Source: Octopus vulgaris
Lineage: Eukaryota
Length of the DNA stretch: 64,000 nucleotides
Assembly: GCA_951406725.2 (NCBI GenBank)
Contig: OX597823.1
Span: 68,324,001-68,388,000, forward strand
Reading direction: 5' to 3'
In this document: one piece after another, positions 29,146 to 44,590 of the stretch
How the letters are laid out: each line of letters begins with the position of its first letter
Numbering within the stretch: position 1 is the first letter of the stretch
The notes under the pieces: model-generated
Seen by the model: the letters and a program-made list of their open reading frames with translations, nothing else
Told to the model about the DNA's origin: nothing
The model's database searches: none
Translations under genes and position numbers: made by a program

Positions 29146-29150
<5 letters not shown>
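26990..29150. mobile_element. Inverted pair of Neptune-like PLE GIY-YIG ends
   Basis: Minus ORF 27762-28043: TQNLICCINCHNCKENCIGETNNFL. Plus strand from 28120: LMMAKF..CGDNRCGTC (Cys linker), ..ENCIGKNQ, FKILPFYKC. Arms about 26990-28090 and 28240-29150. Confidence 0.8.
28545..28656 (+). repeat. 56-bp tandem duplication
   Basis: AAATCTTACTTAAAC..ATGAACATATGAC starts at 28545 and again at 28601. Confidence 0.85.
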
Positions 29151-29197
<47 letters not shown>

Positions 29198-29633
29198 CGT
29201 GTGTGTGTGTGCGTATACATATAAGTATGTGTATAAATATATGTGTGTATGTGTATGTATATATCATCATCATTTGATGTCTACATTGCATAGGTCAGCT
29301 GGAATTTATTGAAGTGTATTTTTCTACTGCCAGATGCTCTCTCTGCCATGAACCTTCATCTGTTTCCAAAGAAGCTTGCATTTTCCTATGATCAGGCCTA
29401 TTTTCATGGTGGTGTGGAAACAGAAGTCATGACTTGCATGATGGTGACATTTGCCTACCACCATCACACAAAGTCAAGGCAAGAAGACAGTAACACACAC
29501 ACACACACACGAGGGATTCCAGAAGTTTTGAGACTTTTTCTGCTGTCCCAAAAATGACATCATGAAAGAGAGACATTAAATGATGATGATGATGATATAA
29601 ATATACAAACAGAAATACACACACACACACATC

Positions 29634-29699
<66 letters not shown>

Positions 29700-32600
29700 A
29701 ATATACACATTCATATCTATATACAAATATAGAAATGCACACACTTCTCTCGTATATGTATGCACATATACAAATATATATATACAGACACACACACACA
29801 CACACATAAACATTGTTAGTCATTCATATATGGTGACTGTCTATATGTACAGTTTATAGCTCCTATCAAATATTATTGAAACCCAAACTTTAGAGCTTCA
29901 AAAAGAATCTGTTTCTTATTGAAGCTCTAAATTCTAGTTTTTCTTTAAGGTTTGTGTGACATATTGAAAACTCAGTTTATAGATAATGTATTAGATGGTC
30001 AAAATGTATTATAATACATAAAGATTCTCAAATATTTATACATTTATACCTTTACCAAAATTTGCTTCCCAAAGAAGCTTGATTGCTTTAATATAAGCAA
30101 AATTCTTAATCTCTGCTCCAGTAATTAACTGTAAACCTTTCATTCTTATGAGATGTCTTATTAACTACATTGTCTGGCAATATCAATGGTATAATACTTA
30201 AGAAATGTGAAGAGGCAAAGGAATGGTAGGATTTGCAAGATCATGCTGGGGTAGGTTATGATACATTTCAAGTGCAAAAAAAAAAAGAAGAAAAATACCA
30301 TCAAAAAAAGGAAAATACAAAATCACACTGCACAATCAATAATATAACCTTGTGAAATTACAAAGCAGTGCAATGTAGAGTAGCATATATTTTAGGTTAA
30401 ATATAATTGTTTTTGAATAAGGTATTGAATTATATTTTGTTTTGAATTATTTTTTAATCCTCTATTATGGTTTTCAATAAAATATTCTCAATGATATTTT
30501 TAAAATAAAGCAGAGACGACTAATTATAGTTTTATGGAATTAATGATTCAGTGGTCTAAAAAATTTGATAATCACTGCTTTAAAGTCTTGTTCATGTCTT
30601 AAATTTGGATGTAGATTCATTCTATTTTATTTAAACTAATTTTTTAATTTTACATGTTAAGTCTGGCATTTTATTTCAGTTCCCTACACCCTATATCATA
30701 TTGTTATAAAAGTCAGTAAGTTAGTGTATTTACTTGAATGTTGATGGCAGGTTACATATAAAAAATTATGAATATTTTACAAAGCTTTATTGAAGTTTAT
30801 GTTCTATCTTTATAGACTATTGTGGTTTAAAGCAATTCTTATGATGGAGATTGACTTTAAGCGTAGGAGTCAAATACTGAAATAATTTAGCCCCTATACA
30901 TCAGCTAAATATTTCAAAGATGTAAACAAGAGATATAAGGTCTAAACATATGCACATCAGATTATGAATACCAATATAGTTTGGTTATCTAATATTTTGA
31001 TCCAGATTGTGTGAGTTTTGATCAATTCTAAATAAATAGATGTTGAAAAAAAATCCTTGTGGAAAATGTATATTGAGTACAGATGTTCTTTGAAATATAG
31101 ATACCAGTGCATTCTTCCGGTTAAGAACATTCTAAATGTAATAATATCAGAAGAACTTTAACATTACCTATTATTTGTTTTCTAAGCAATTCTTCATTTA
31201 CGTAGATGCAACAAATGAATCAATTTTTGTTTTATAAATCAAGTGCTTGGAAGGAATTTAAATGGACAGCTTAAGAATGGAATTTCTAACCATTAATCAA
31301 GATAATCTGACTTCTATATTTACACTAAAACAGAACTGTCAGAAAATTATGAGAAAATAAAATCTGAATGAAAACAAATATTGATGCTTCACAAGTCAAA
31401 CTTGCAAAGTCTAGCCTGATTGTAACATATATAATAATAAATGCATACTTAGTGACAAAATAGGTACAAGATTCACATCATATTTTCCTGTTATCTATAT
31501 TCTCCAGAGTACACCTAGTATTCTGACTTCCTCCCTAAAGAATTAACTTATCACATCTGAAAATAATATCACACAACTCACATCTTTGAGTTAAAAATTA
31601 TCCCTGGATGATTTTCAGTTGCACTTGCTCAGTGGTTCACAAGCTTTTGTAGTTCAGTGCAACCTTTACAACAAATAGCATTTCAGAAATATCCATGTTT
31701 TGAAAAATAAAATGACAAGGCAGATTATTTTAATCAAACATATACTATATTTTTGCACCAATTTATTTCCTATATTTTTTATATTATCCTATTCAGCATG
31801 TGCATGCTCTTAGATATATTTCAACTAGTACCCCATGTGTTAAACTGTTATGGAAATTACTATAGAAAGTGAGCACATATTACTTGGCCTTAACACATCA
31901 CTAATAACAATACATGTATTGTATGTGGTTAAATGTTTTATATCTAAGAAAAAATCACAAACCTTTCAAACATACTAAACTCCTCATAATACCCTCTTGT
32001 GAGCATTCCAGCCTCTAAGAAGTCACTAGCATCCAGATTAATAGCGCTGTCCTACTAGAAAACATTTTCCAAATTCGCTAAGTATATCTGTTATCCCTAT
32101 GATCTAACTCTTTTTTCAGAAACTTGTCCACCTCTCACCTTGCAGTATATCAAATTACTGTCAGAAGGAATTCTTCTTGAGAATGTCAATGATCATGATT
32201 CCTACTGGCTTTTTCAAACCCTCTTTTTGATCTATCTGCTATAGAGTTGATAAATGATCATTATAAACATTAGCCAAGTCCCCTTTAAATCCCACCCTAC
32301 CATCTTATAAAAAGAAAAAACATACAATGTAGTCTTGAATTTATTTACGTGTGAGTAAAAGATGGGATCTCATAGCTGGAATGCTTTTGATCTTAAGTTC
32401 TCTTAACAGAAGTGAACTTGAGATAAACAACATCAACCAATCTACTACAAAGGCTGAAATGTTCACCATTCTGCATAGATCACACCTGTAATATATTTTC
32501 CCTATTGTGCTTCTAATAAGACCTATCATCACTCAATCAGGCTTTTCTAAAATTTCTCCGGGAACTACATTTCTCTTCAAAATCTACACTCTTCTCATAA

Positions 32601-33058
32601 TTTCTTCTTTCTTCCCAGACTATGCATACATTACCTTTACCAAATTGTCACTGATCACAAATTTAGAAAGACTTGAAAGGCTATTAATATTATAGCTTAT
32701 CAGAGTGACTGACATACAGCAATATTTCATTACTGAGTTTTAATTAGTTATCAAGACTTCCTGATAGATTTTGTAAGTTTGTATTACAGTTAACACAGCA
32801 AATATATGAAGGTGGCTCTATGTGCATAGCAATGTGATGCAACTGGTTTGCAGTAAATATTCTGAATTTAATGCTTATATTTCATTGCTATATAGCACCA
32901 TACATTTTATATCTTAAATACACTATCTTTATAATACAAAGAGAACTATATTGTTACCAACAGATGAACTACACTAGCAATCAAGAATTATTTTATGTAT
33001 TTGTTATATATATCTCCATTTTCTATTCATTTTTATAATTCATGTGTGTGTGTGTATT

Positions 33059-33113
<55 letters not shown>

Positions 33114-35427
33114 ATATGTATGTATGTATATATATATATATATATATATATCAGCACATACACACAAAATTCAATGTATATCGATTAGACACACAAATGT
33201 GAATTTATCCACATTAACAAGATTAGGCATATACACATGCATATGAATGTTTATTAAATTAATTGAGGCATAATTTTTAACTGAACAATTCAAAATGAAG
33301 TGTCAATAAACAACTGCAGAAACTAATACGACATATGTAGGAAAAGCACACAGCTATTCTCATTAAATGCTTCAAACCATAAATCAAGGTCTATTGGAAA
33401 TTTGGTATCTTATTAAATGTCACTATCAAAAAGCCCAATTGAAAATGCCTACACAAGCTTTAGATATTTCACAGTATAACATTATGCATGAATTGTAACA
33501 GATTTTGAATATGAAATACCATCTGCCTACTACATAGACATACTAAAAATCTTATCTATCACAAGTTGTAAAGACAGGTGTTAGAATTCAAATGTTACAG
33601 TTTCTATTGTGATGCGTAATAAGAATATTGAAAGCTTGTGTATTAAACATGCTGTATTCATTAGGCAATTGTAACCAGAAGTAAGCTATTGTCTGGTACT
33701 TGAAAGCCCACCTCCTCATTATGTTGCATATCATGTGCATGCTACAACACATTTTGTGTTAGTTAATATGAATGCTTCAATTTAACTTTTACAGTTCATT
33801 ATTGCAGCTTGTTAAAGTCAAAATATTTTCAAAAATTAAATTTTTCTCTACATTCTACATTTTTAAGTGGCTTTCATTGCTTTCTTATAATTATACACAG
33901 AAATGTGAGTTCATGCTGAAATTTGGCTGTTAATGTAATACTTAGAGTGCAGCAATTATGTTGTATAATACCAACAATATCATAAACACTCAGTATTATG
34001 CCAGAGAGTAATTTATTGAAAATAGTCATGATTCCAGTTTTAGAATTGAGGTGTAATTGTGAGTAATAACCTGTCATAGCTATTTTATGAGTGACCTAAA
34101 ACAAATAAAACCTAAACATTCATAACAGCATTCACATGTTCTGCATATATAGCAATTAAAGAATGTTGTTATATCCAAATTTGTTAAACATCAGCTACAA
34201 AATAACTATATAGAATCTTTACAATACCACAATCTGTGAAACAAGCCAATAAAGGATCTTGCACATAGCTGCTGACTATACTTGAAAGAGGAGCTAAATT
34301 TTCCTTAAATCCAATTATACTCTCTTAAAAATAGGAAGGACTAAATTATTCAGTGATTATAAGAGTCATAAATAAAGAAGATGGGGTGGTCACAAGGAGA
34401 ATATCTTGCTTAATCAGGAGAAACCTTGGGCTAAGCAGCAATAATAATGAACCCAAATAACAAAAATCAGAGAACTAAGCTGAATATATAATTATTTCAA
34501 TAAAAGTTGCAGTTAGATGAAAAGCGAACAAAAACAAAATCAACATACAAGAATAAACTTATAATTTTTGCAGAACATGAACTCACTCTAAAATATAATT
34601 AGTAATAGCATATACAGTAGAAGCACAACATATTCATAAATCTGGATATTCAAAACAAACTGAGATGTCTATATTGAATGTATTTCTTGCACTGAAAGAC
34701 TACACGGCCATTAAAAACAAATGAAGATTAATGGGTATAATAATATGAAGCAACTTAAGGTTCATTAGTGTAAATAATAATGGATGAGACAACGACTTTT
34801 CACAATGTGTTCAGAATAGTAATTACAACGTCTATCTGGGATGAATTCTAACTCTAAGCAATTGCTTCCTTATATTTTTCTTGAAAATCTTACTGTTATT
34901 AAGTATCATTGCAAATCAGTCTTGTTCACAGACAACAAGATAAATCTAAAACAAAGGAGAAGAGGGAAATAATCTTATTCTGACTGGTGTATGTTTGTAT
35001 TAAATCCTGAATACATTAACAAACTCAACATTAACTAATACAAGGATAACGCACCTACAATTTCAAGGGACAAAATGGAACATTCGTCTTATACATTCAG
35101 GGAACAAATTATATCAATAAAAATTATAGTTTGCCTTGGAGTGATGGTTAAATCTTACTACAAAGTTCAATGAACTTTACAAACACTTTGGGAATTAAAA
35201 CAGGAAACAAGCAACCTGGATATATAGAAATTAAATTGAATCACTCACCAAGTGCCATAAGCCACATTCCCAAAAGAGTCTGTAAATGGATAGGTATCTC
35301 CAGTGAAGGCAATTTCCCCACAGGGCTATATACTTAGTATTCTAAAACTTACCCACTTTGAAGGGAAGCTATTATTATTACTCACCCTAATACATAAATA
35401 CTTACCCTACCAAAAAATGGAAAAATT

Positions 35428-35476
35428 AACATTACTACTACCATTACTGTTGCTGCTGCTGCTGCTACTGCTGCTG

Positions 35477-35532
<56 letters not shown>

Positions 35533-35560
35533 GCTACTACTGCTGCTGCTGCTGCTGCTG
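35428..35560. repeat. Compound (CTA)n/(CTG)n trinucleotide repeat
   Basis: Direct reading; produces the poly-Leu ORF. Confidence 0.9.
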
Positions 35561-35689
35561 CCTTTTCACCACCATCATTACAATGCTTGTGGTAAGAATA
35601 TTTTTAAAGATACAGTTTCTAAAATAAACAGATATGCACAGTGTTTACTGTACTTTTAACTGGATCATTCTGTGGCTTATTTCCCATTC

Positions 35690-36570
35690 TGCTATACTTT
35701 TGTTTTGGAGTGCAACTATACTCCTTTGCAGACTAATATGGTCATGTCTGCTTAAGAAATATATCCATGGTTGGAATATAACTCCAGCTTTCTCAAGAAC
35801 TGTATCAAAGGTAATATTGACTCTTCTTCACATATTTAGGATATGTTTTAAACATGGCTGTATTCAATCTTCAAAGCTAGTGGAAGCACAAGATTTAGTC
35901 TTGCAATGCACAGAGTTGTGAGCAGGATGTAGTTTCTTCTCTAACTCTACTTATTTTCTAAGACTGGCAAATAGACTAGTTATGTCTTACTTAGCCCCAA
36001 ACAACACTGTTTAAGCCAAACCTGTGATTAAAGACTCTTACTAAGCATGTGATGTTAAAAATCAAAGCTGAGTACATATAGCATGTATGAGGAGTGTCTC
36101 ATTAAATTAAAAGACTTATATGCAGAAAAGGCCACAAGATCTAAAGAATTCCAATCATGACCATCCCATATTTTTCAGATATAGGAATCTAAGGATCTAT
36201 TACGAAACATTATTTCTAAGATGGTAAAGTATGCTTGAGGGAGAATTGGCTGCTATTCCTAGCAGTTTGACTAACAATGTAGTGGTTCCTTCATTGATTA
36301 TCTAGTTAAAGGTTATCCATTGTCAGAGTCTGTTGTGCATAGTCTTCAGATGCATTGGCTCTTTACCTGAGTTTTTCTAAAGTTGACAATAATACTAAAA
36401 TCCTTGCCAACTCTGCTGAAATAGATTAAGAGGCATGGAATGTCTTTTACTGTGTGAGTAACCTGAGCAAGTGTTGTCAGTGATCAGAAACACCAGGAGG
36501 AACTTGCTCAGAAGTTTGATCTTTGTTCTGTGCTTGGAGAGGTTGAAGAAGTTTCTTTTTGAACTAGTTT
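35690..36570 (-). mobile_element. Degenerate RTE-clade LINE RT fragment (interrupted)
   Basis: Minus: FFNLSKHRTKIK..LITDN (cf. FNL.RL.AKTK..LFADD), FSRVGKDFSIIVNFRKTQV, CLKHILNM..ITFDTVLEKAG. Confidence 0.6.
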
Positions 36571-39500
36571 GAAAATTAATTATCTCTGGTCAATATAAAT
36601 GTATACATGCGCATGACTGCAAAGGAAATTCTAAACAGTATAAGATGAAAATGTAGTTCTACTTAACACCCAAGTACCTTTCATGTGGAATCATTTATGC
36701 ATTTATGTACATTTAATTTTGCCTAAATTCTGCAGGATTTGTGGTACAACATTGGCAAACTATTAAACTCAAATAATATCTGTTTCTCTACCATATTTGA
36801 AATAAATAAATATTTTATTTTATTCAGAAAAAGAGTATCTAAAAGTAGAGTTAAAAAGTAAAATATGCTAAGAACTCTTTAAATGTAATTTAAAGACCTT
36901 TCCAATCCATTTATATTTGAGAAAATAGTTATAAATTGATAGCAGTAACAGCAGAATTACAGTCAGAATCTTGAAGATTTTTCGTTCTCACACTAACAGT
37001 TTGCAGTTTAAAATATTTTCACCTCTTCTTAGTTCAGTCAATGACATACTATGGTTGAGTGGGTAATCTACTAATGGATAATTTTATATGGATTATAAGT
37101 AAATAGCAAACTTCTGATATTGTGCTTAGTCTTTCAATAATTGGTTGGAATTCTAGGCTGAGATTCTGATACTTAAGTTAACTCCCAAGAATAAAAATAT
37201 GCAAACAATCAATTGGAGATGTTAATATTAAATTGTGCTTCAAATTTTGAATGAATGAGAGAGTAATAGCATTTTAAAGTGCTACAGTAGCTTAAATTAG
37301 AAAGGATGGACAACATTACTGTGAAGACATTAAACTCAATAATAATATCCATTAAAGAATAGTGTCTGATGTGGAAACATGATTTTACCTTACTTTAATA
37401 ACCTTTGGAATTACTTATGCTCTATTTCTTTCCTATCATTATGAAATGCAAAATAGAAGTTGTTCAAGAGAATTGAGGAGCATGGCTAGCCATGTTGATA
37501 GAGTGAGTTGTAGATAACTAAGTTATCCTGCAATAGTCACTTATTAAATGTCTACAGTCAAAATAGTTAATTCTTATAGTAATCTAGTTGTAAGTAGGTT
37601 GTTACCTTGAGATGGTTCATGTATTTTCTCTAACAACAGGACTGGGAAAGTTACAAGTGTTTTTTTAGTCTGCAGTACCAAGTTCAACTCCCAATTCACT
37701 GACAATGACTATGCTTTAGTGAGGAAGCCTAAGAAGGCTGAAACACTCAGAGTTGTGAAGATCAAACTCATTTCCTATGACATCACCCATTCTGTTTTTA
37801 ATTTTTAAATTTTAATTGTCTCTCTTGCCATACTTAACCAGAGTTGACCATTAAGATAATAGTTGTCTTTCCTCATCATGTGTATAATTTTAAATGAATG
37901 AAATTTCTTGACTCCTTACGTTACATATATTAGAACATACCTATTTGTAAGTGGCCTCATACTTCTGAATACCTTGTAGTAGCAATTGATAACGAAGTAA
38001 TTTTCTCATGGAAAGCTATGAGTAAGAGCTAACTGGTAGCTCTTTCATCCCAAATTAGGACCAAATGTCATATTTCTGAGAGCAAACCCTAATGACTCAG
38101 CACTCTAGGACATATATACGTACATAAGTACATATATACATAGATAATGCCCAAATTCACATTTTGTTGGACAGATTAAAACCATAATCTACAACTGATT
38201 TCAACTAATGGCCATGTTAGTCAGAAGAATCAAAGTTTGGAAAGAGGTGTTCTTGAGACTGCATTGAAATCCAATAATAATCATTTGAAGATTTCTTGTT
38301 CCCTTCGGCAGAGTAATAGGGTTTTCTTCTCACTGCATTGCTACAACCCTGTATTTATATGAAAAACTACTGGTAGTTTCAACATCAATATTGAATTTAG
38401 TATTCCTTTGTTGTTCTCTGATCTTTTCAGTTTTTCAGAGTTAGGATATTTATCTAAATGATTCTTTGTAACTTCAATGTTAGTCGTGTTGTGACAATAA
38501 TTGTTGTTTATTGCACTTGTGTTGCAGATAGATTCAAAGTTAGGATCTGGACCATTTCAAACAATTTTGTCTATTATCAGCAATAAGAGCTGTAATCTCA
38601 GCAAAATGAGAATTTATTTTAGGCTGGGTAATCTCTACTTTCAATTTCGCTTTAGCTCTTGTTGCTTTCTGCAAATGGTTTTCCTTTTATGTGAGACAAA
38701 ATCATAGAACCATATAAAGTTTATTTTTCTTTGATTTTGATTTTTAAATTTGCAGAAAAGATTTTCTCAATATAAAATTTGTGGAATGAGGATGTTCACA
38801 GAGCATGAAACTAACAGCCCAGTTGCAACCAACCATTGGTGACTTCAATATCTGTCAGTTCTCACATATGTGCCAAGAATTTAGATTCTTGAACACCAAA
38901 ACTACCTAAGGTTAATGAAATAATGAAAATCTAATAAAAAATTGTTAATAAAAAAAAAACAAATTGATTAAATCATGAACATAGATTCTGTTCAAAAGTA
39001 TGATGTCAGATAATTTTATTAGTATATTTTGTATATATTTTAGTTTATTTTCTTCATAGCTTTCAAATATTCATGGTCTGATTTATAAAAAAAAAAAAAA
39101 ATCAAATAAACACTCTATATATCATTACCACAAAGCTTAGAACTGAGGAAGTGAGATAAGGAGATAAATAGTTGCTGGTTACAAAAGCTGTGACAGTAGT
39201 TTATGATATAACATATAACTACAGGAAAATGTTATAGTAAATATTCATAATTGTATCAGTAGTTTGCAAGTATCCTTGCAATATTTATCATTAAAGCTGT
39301 TTTAATAAAGAAATGTATGGGTTTTCTAATATAAAAGATTCTGGAGCCATTTTGTGTTAACTCAAAGTAACATATTCAATAGTAAATACTACAAAAGTTG
39401 TATGTAAAAAAAAAATAATGAAGAACTTCAAAAATTGAATATTCTAAGCAAAGTAAAATAAAAATAATAAAACCATCTAAACTAAAATACATTATCATAT

Positions 39501-39834
39501 ATAATTTATGTTAATTATAGTTGTGTGTTTAAGAAGCTAGCTTCACAACCATATGGTTTCAGGTTCAATTCTATGAGGTGACAGTTAGGCAAATATCTTT
39601 TCCTATAGCCTTGATTTCACTAATGCTTTGTGAGCAAACTTGGATAGAAACTGTAGGAAGCCTGTTGGGTGTATGCATGTGAGAATGTGTGTGTGCACAC
39701 ATGTGCATGAATGTTTATCTCTTCCAGGTTTTCTTGAGCAAACCTGTGGATTATGTTTACATTTCTAGTTGACATTATAACTGGATGCTCCACAATTTTG
39801 AAGAGTGGTGGAGTAAAAAAAAATCCCTTACTAG

Positions 39835-40240
39835 TTGCAGGCATGGTTGTGTGGTAAGAAGCTTGCTTCCCAACCACATGGTTGTGTTCAGTCTCACTAT
39901 GTGGCACCTTAGGCAAGAATCTTCTACTATAACTGTGGACCGACCAAGGTCTTTAAAGTGGATTTGACAGATAGAAACTGAAAGAAGCCCATTATATATG
40001 TGTGTGCACGTGTGTGTGTGTGTATGTGTATGTACATGTCTTTGTGTCTGTGTTTGTCCCCCACCACTGCTTGACAACTGGTGTGTGTTTACACCTCCAT
40101 AACTTAGCAGTTAGGCAAAATGGGCCGATAGAATAAAATAAAAATAACAATTAGGGTTGATTTATTCAACTAAAAATACTTCAAGGCAGTGCCCCACCAT
40201 TGCCACAATCTAATGATTGAAAGAAATAAACGATAAAAGA
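39835..40240 (+). mobile_element. SINE family A
   Basis: GCAGGCATGGTTGTGTGGTAAGAAGCTTGCTTCCCAACCACATGG.. head, matches other copies. Confidence 0.8.
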
Positions 40241-42720
40241 TATTTTTAAATGAATTAAAAGTTGGTTGCAGAAAGAGTATCTGGTCATTGAAACCTTGCC
40301 TCAAATATGTCCAAGAAAAGATGTTGAATGAATGATCAATTATGTGAGCATATATGAATTTGTGTGTGTATGTGTATATGTGTATATGTTCATCTTTGCA
40401 TTCACACTGCTTCGGTGGGAGTGACATTCATTTATGCCCTGCAGCTCAAGGGCTCAGTATGCAAAAAGTAGTGGAATAAAGCACCTAACTTGAAAGCAAG
40501 TGAAGTTTGATGACAGGAAGAGCATATGGTCATAAGGAGTTTTATCCAAACCATGCAGCATTGAGAGATGTAAAAATGATGGTGATAAATCTGAAAGAAT
40601 GTAGTGTGATAGGTAGTTCAAATATATTTTAAAATTATAATCATATACCTGGTGGCTATTATGAATCATTTATAAGAGTCCAGTATCTCATCCTTTTTCA
40701 GGTAAAATTGTACATAATCATATAGCCATTTAGATGAATCTTTCAAATCATTATTGAAAGTCTTTTGTAACAGTTAATGCCCTAGACTTTCTGATAGCAT
40801 TATATATGAGTATACTCTAATTCTTTTATTTGTTTCAGTTATTGGGATTGCAGCAGGTTGAAGCACTACTTTGAAGGATTTAGTTGATTAAACTGATCCC
40901 AGTACTTATTCTAAGTGTGGTATTTATTCAATTGGTCAGATTTTGCCTAAACACTAAGTTACAGAGTCTTCATTTATTTATCCTTCTATTTCAGTCACTG
41001 TTAGGGTTGTACTATCAATTCTTTCAATTACTGACTACAAGACCTCTGTTTGGGTGATTTTTCTGTCACCATCTCACCCTTGTACATTAATTCGTTGCTA
41101 GGCTATCCATTTAGAGTGAGTGTACTAAAGCAATGTGAAATAAAGTGTTTTGCTTGAATACACAATGCACAGCTAGTCTGCACATCAAAACCACAATCTC
41201 ATAATTGTAAATGCAATACTCTAACCACCAAGCTGATGTATCTTCACATATGACTCGACATTCCATCCAGTATGGAGACTACAAACACACACATAGACAT
41301 GTTAAATAGTTTTCCCACAGTTTTTGTCAACAAAATTCACTCACAAGGCATTGATTAAGCCAAGGTTGTAGTAAAAGACACCTGTTCAAGATGTTAAACA
41401 GTGAGACTAAACCATGTGATTGTGAAGTGAATTTCTTAACCATGCAGCCATGTCAGCACTTATGTTTTAATCCATTATAAATCAAATATAATGAAATGAA
41501 GATTATTTTAATTTGGGATTATAAAGTACCTAAACTATTCCAGTCTATTATTAAGGTGGATATCATTTACAGCTTACTGCAGGCTTTATATATATTATAA
41601 GGCTAACGATGATAATGTTGCTGCTGTTTAGCCATGATTATGGAAATCTAACCATGACAATCTTGTCTTTTTATGTATCCAGAAAATACATTGTCTTATG
41701 GATCCTCCATTTTATAAGATGGTAAGATATGATTTGAGGGAGATTTGGTCACTACTTCTAGTAAGCCTATCAACTGTATAGATTTTATAATGTAAATTCT
41801 AGTTTTTACTCAAAGGAAAATCAGGCAATTTCTTACCATCTGCCACAGAATGTAGAAATATTTCACCCAGATATTTTGAAAATCTGAGAAAAAAATATTG
41901 TATACTCTGCTTATGTACTATTAGCATTTATGTATATTTGTGAGCAAGAAATCATTCTTCCATGTAAGGATATTCTTGTATGTAACATATCTTACAACAT
42001 CTGAAGTTGTAAGAAAAAATTTCTGGAGGAAATTATACCATGACTTCAAAATAGATTTAGGTAATAAATTTTACAGATGAAGCTAACAATATTCAGACAG
42101 AAAAATTAGGATGATATTGACAATGCATGTAATAAGTTGATGCATATTTAAACATCAGCACTAAAATAGACTGCTTGCATAAAATAAAAAAAATTTATGC
42201 TGTAATAGTAGTTAGGTGTAGGGGAGGTAATTCAGTGTTAAGCACTAAGAGCTAAACTTCACTGAAAAAAAAACAAAACAACTTAGAGAAGCAGACAGTG
42301 TCTGTTATTCAAAAATATATTCTTTTGTTAATTATATAATATTGTTACAATAATTGAATTCTAAAAAGAATCGTAAAAATGTTATGCAAATTGATTTAAA
42401 TTGCCTCTTGCAAGGATTCTATTTTAATGATATATTTTGAATATTTGCTTAAACTGTAGAATATCATAAAAATACTACGAATTTTTAAGCAACATTTTTA
42501 GTGCTGTCAGAGTGCTAAAAATGCTGAAATTCTACAAGATAAATTAAAATATTGGAAACAATTTATATGTGTGGTTAAAAAGCTTGTTTTCTTTCAACCA
42601 CATGGCTTTGGGTTCAAACCCACTGTCCAGCACCTTGGACAAGTGTCATCTACAATAGACCTGATTGACTAATGTTCTGTGAGTGAATTTGGTGGACAGA
42701 AACTGTGAGGAGGAAGCATG

Positions 42721-42758
<38 letters not shown>

Positions 42759-43191
42759 CTACAGTCTAATGACTGAAACAAGTAAAAGAAAAGAATATGC
42801 ACACACATTTAAAGAATGTACTTGTGTAAAGCTGGAATAATGCATGAAGTGTTGTTCCAGCTTTACACAACTATGTTTTTTTAAATTATACCTCTCACAC
42901 ACACACACACACCGTTGCTGTTATGCAAAGGTCTCCTAAGTCCAAAACATTGCTTTTTCAGAAAAAAAAAAAAAAGAGTCACCATTCCATAACAAAACTG
43001 TTGTACTACACTTTGACAATTTTTGATATCTGCACATGTGAAGTAACTGGAGTTACGATAGTTTAACCAAAAGAACCCGCTATTGCAAGCAAAAATAAAT
43101 ATTGTAAAAATGCATTTGGCCAAATTTGGACATATGACAGTTTAACATAATAGCAACGATATGTGTGTATGTGTGTATGTATTTATGTATG

Positions 43192-43235
<44 letters not shown>

Positions 43236-43654
43236 TAGGTATATACACAAAAATATACATATATATATATTTATGTATCTAGGTATGCATGTATGTATGT
43301 ATGTATGTATGTATGTATGTTTGAATGTATGTATATGTTTGTGCATGTGTGTGCCTTTATGTTTATGCTTATTCTCTTGTACCATTACTCAGTAACCACT
43401 GTTGGTTTGTGAACATTCTGTAACTTAGCAGTTCAATGAAAGAGGCTGATAGAATAAGTACCATACTTTAAAAAAATAATAACTACTGAGGGTTGATTTG
43501 TTCAACCTAACCCTTATAAGGCAATACCCCAGGTGGCTACAACCCAGTGACTAAAACAAGTAAAACAACAGATATGAAATTTTAAAATTAACATGTGATA
43601 CAGATATTAAATATTATACAAGCATTAACTTTATCATAATGATAATAATCATTC

Positions 43655-43849
43655 CTACCAGAGGACAAGGCCTGAAATTTTGGAGAAGGGGACTAGTCAA
43701 CTACATCAACCCTGAAAGGATGAAAGGCAAAGTCGACCTCAGCAGAATTTGAATTCAGAATGAAGTGATGAACGAAATACCGCTAAGTATTTCATCCAGC
43801 ATGTTAACGGTTATGCCAGCTCACTGCCTTAATAATAATAATAATAATA

Positions 43850-43898
<49 letters not shown>

Positions 43899-44133
43899 TG
43901 ATGATGATGATGATAATCCTTTCTACTGGAAGCACAAGGCCTCAAATTTGGGGGAAGAGATTAAGTTGATTACATTGACCCCAGTGTGTAACTGGTACTA
44001 GTTTTATTGACCCCTAAAAGGATGACAGGTAAAGTCAACTTCGGCAGAATTTGAACTCAGAACATAGTAACAGATGAAATACTGCTAAGCATTTCGCCCA
44101 GCATTCTAATGATTCTGCCAGCTTGCTGTCTTA
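43655..44133 (-). mobile_element. Two SINE family B copies separated by (AAT)n
   Basis: Two repeats of CAAGGCCT..AATTT..GGATGA..AAGTC.ACT..GCAGAATTTGAA. Confidence 0.75.
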
Positions 44134-44279
44134 ATAATAATAGTAATAACAATGAACTTATTGTATAGAGCTTAGATGCACTTCAACACATCACAAAAAG
44201 TAACCAAAACTGCATGAACAGTACATAGAATATGCACAGGAAGTGAACAGTGAGAAAATCTTTAAAAAAAAACTCTTGG

Positions 44280-44590
44280 GGGTAAATTTCAGGAAGCATG
44301 GAAGTTTTGAAGGATCTAGTGTCTTGACAGCTAACAACTGATGCAGGTAGTTTATTCCATGCTTCAGCAATTCTGAGTATGAAAAAAATCTCTCCAAAAG
44401 TCATGGGTGCAGTGTTGTTTTATGATTTTGTAAGCATGTCCATAAGTATTAGACATATACAATTCAAAAAGGTGCCCAAGGTTATTATTGGAAAGACGGT
44501 GGATAGTATTGTGGGTGTGTACCAAGTCAGTTGCCTGACATCAGAGCTTTAATGTGTCCATGCCCAGGGAAGCAAGACATTCTGAGTATG
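44280..44590 (-). mobile_element. CR1/L2-type LINE 3' fragment
   Basis: FFILRIAEAWNKLPASVVSCQDTRSFK matches the CR1-group C-terminal FFx.R....WN.LP..VV.....FK motif. Confidence 0.7.

Noticed and set aside
35303-35659. Poly-leucine ORF
   Set aside because: Product of the (CTA)/(CTG) repeat; no other coding evidence.
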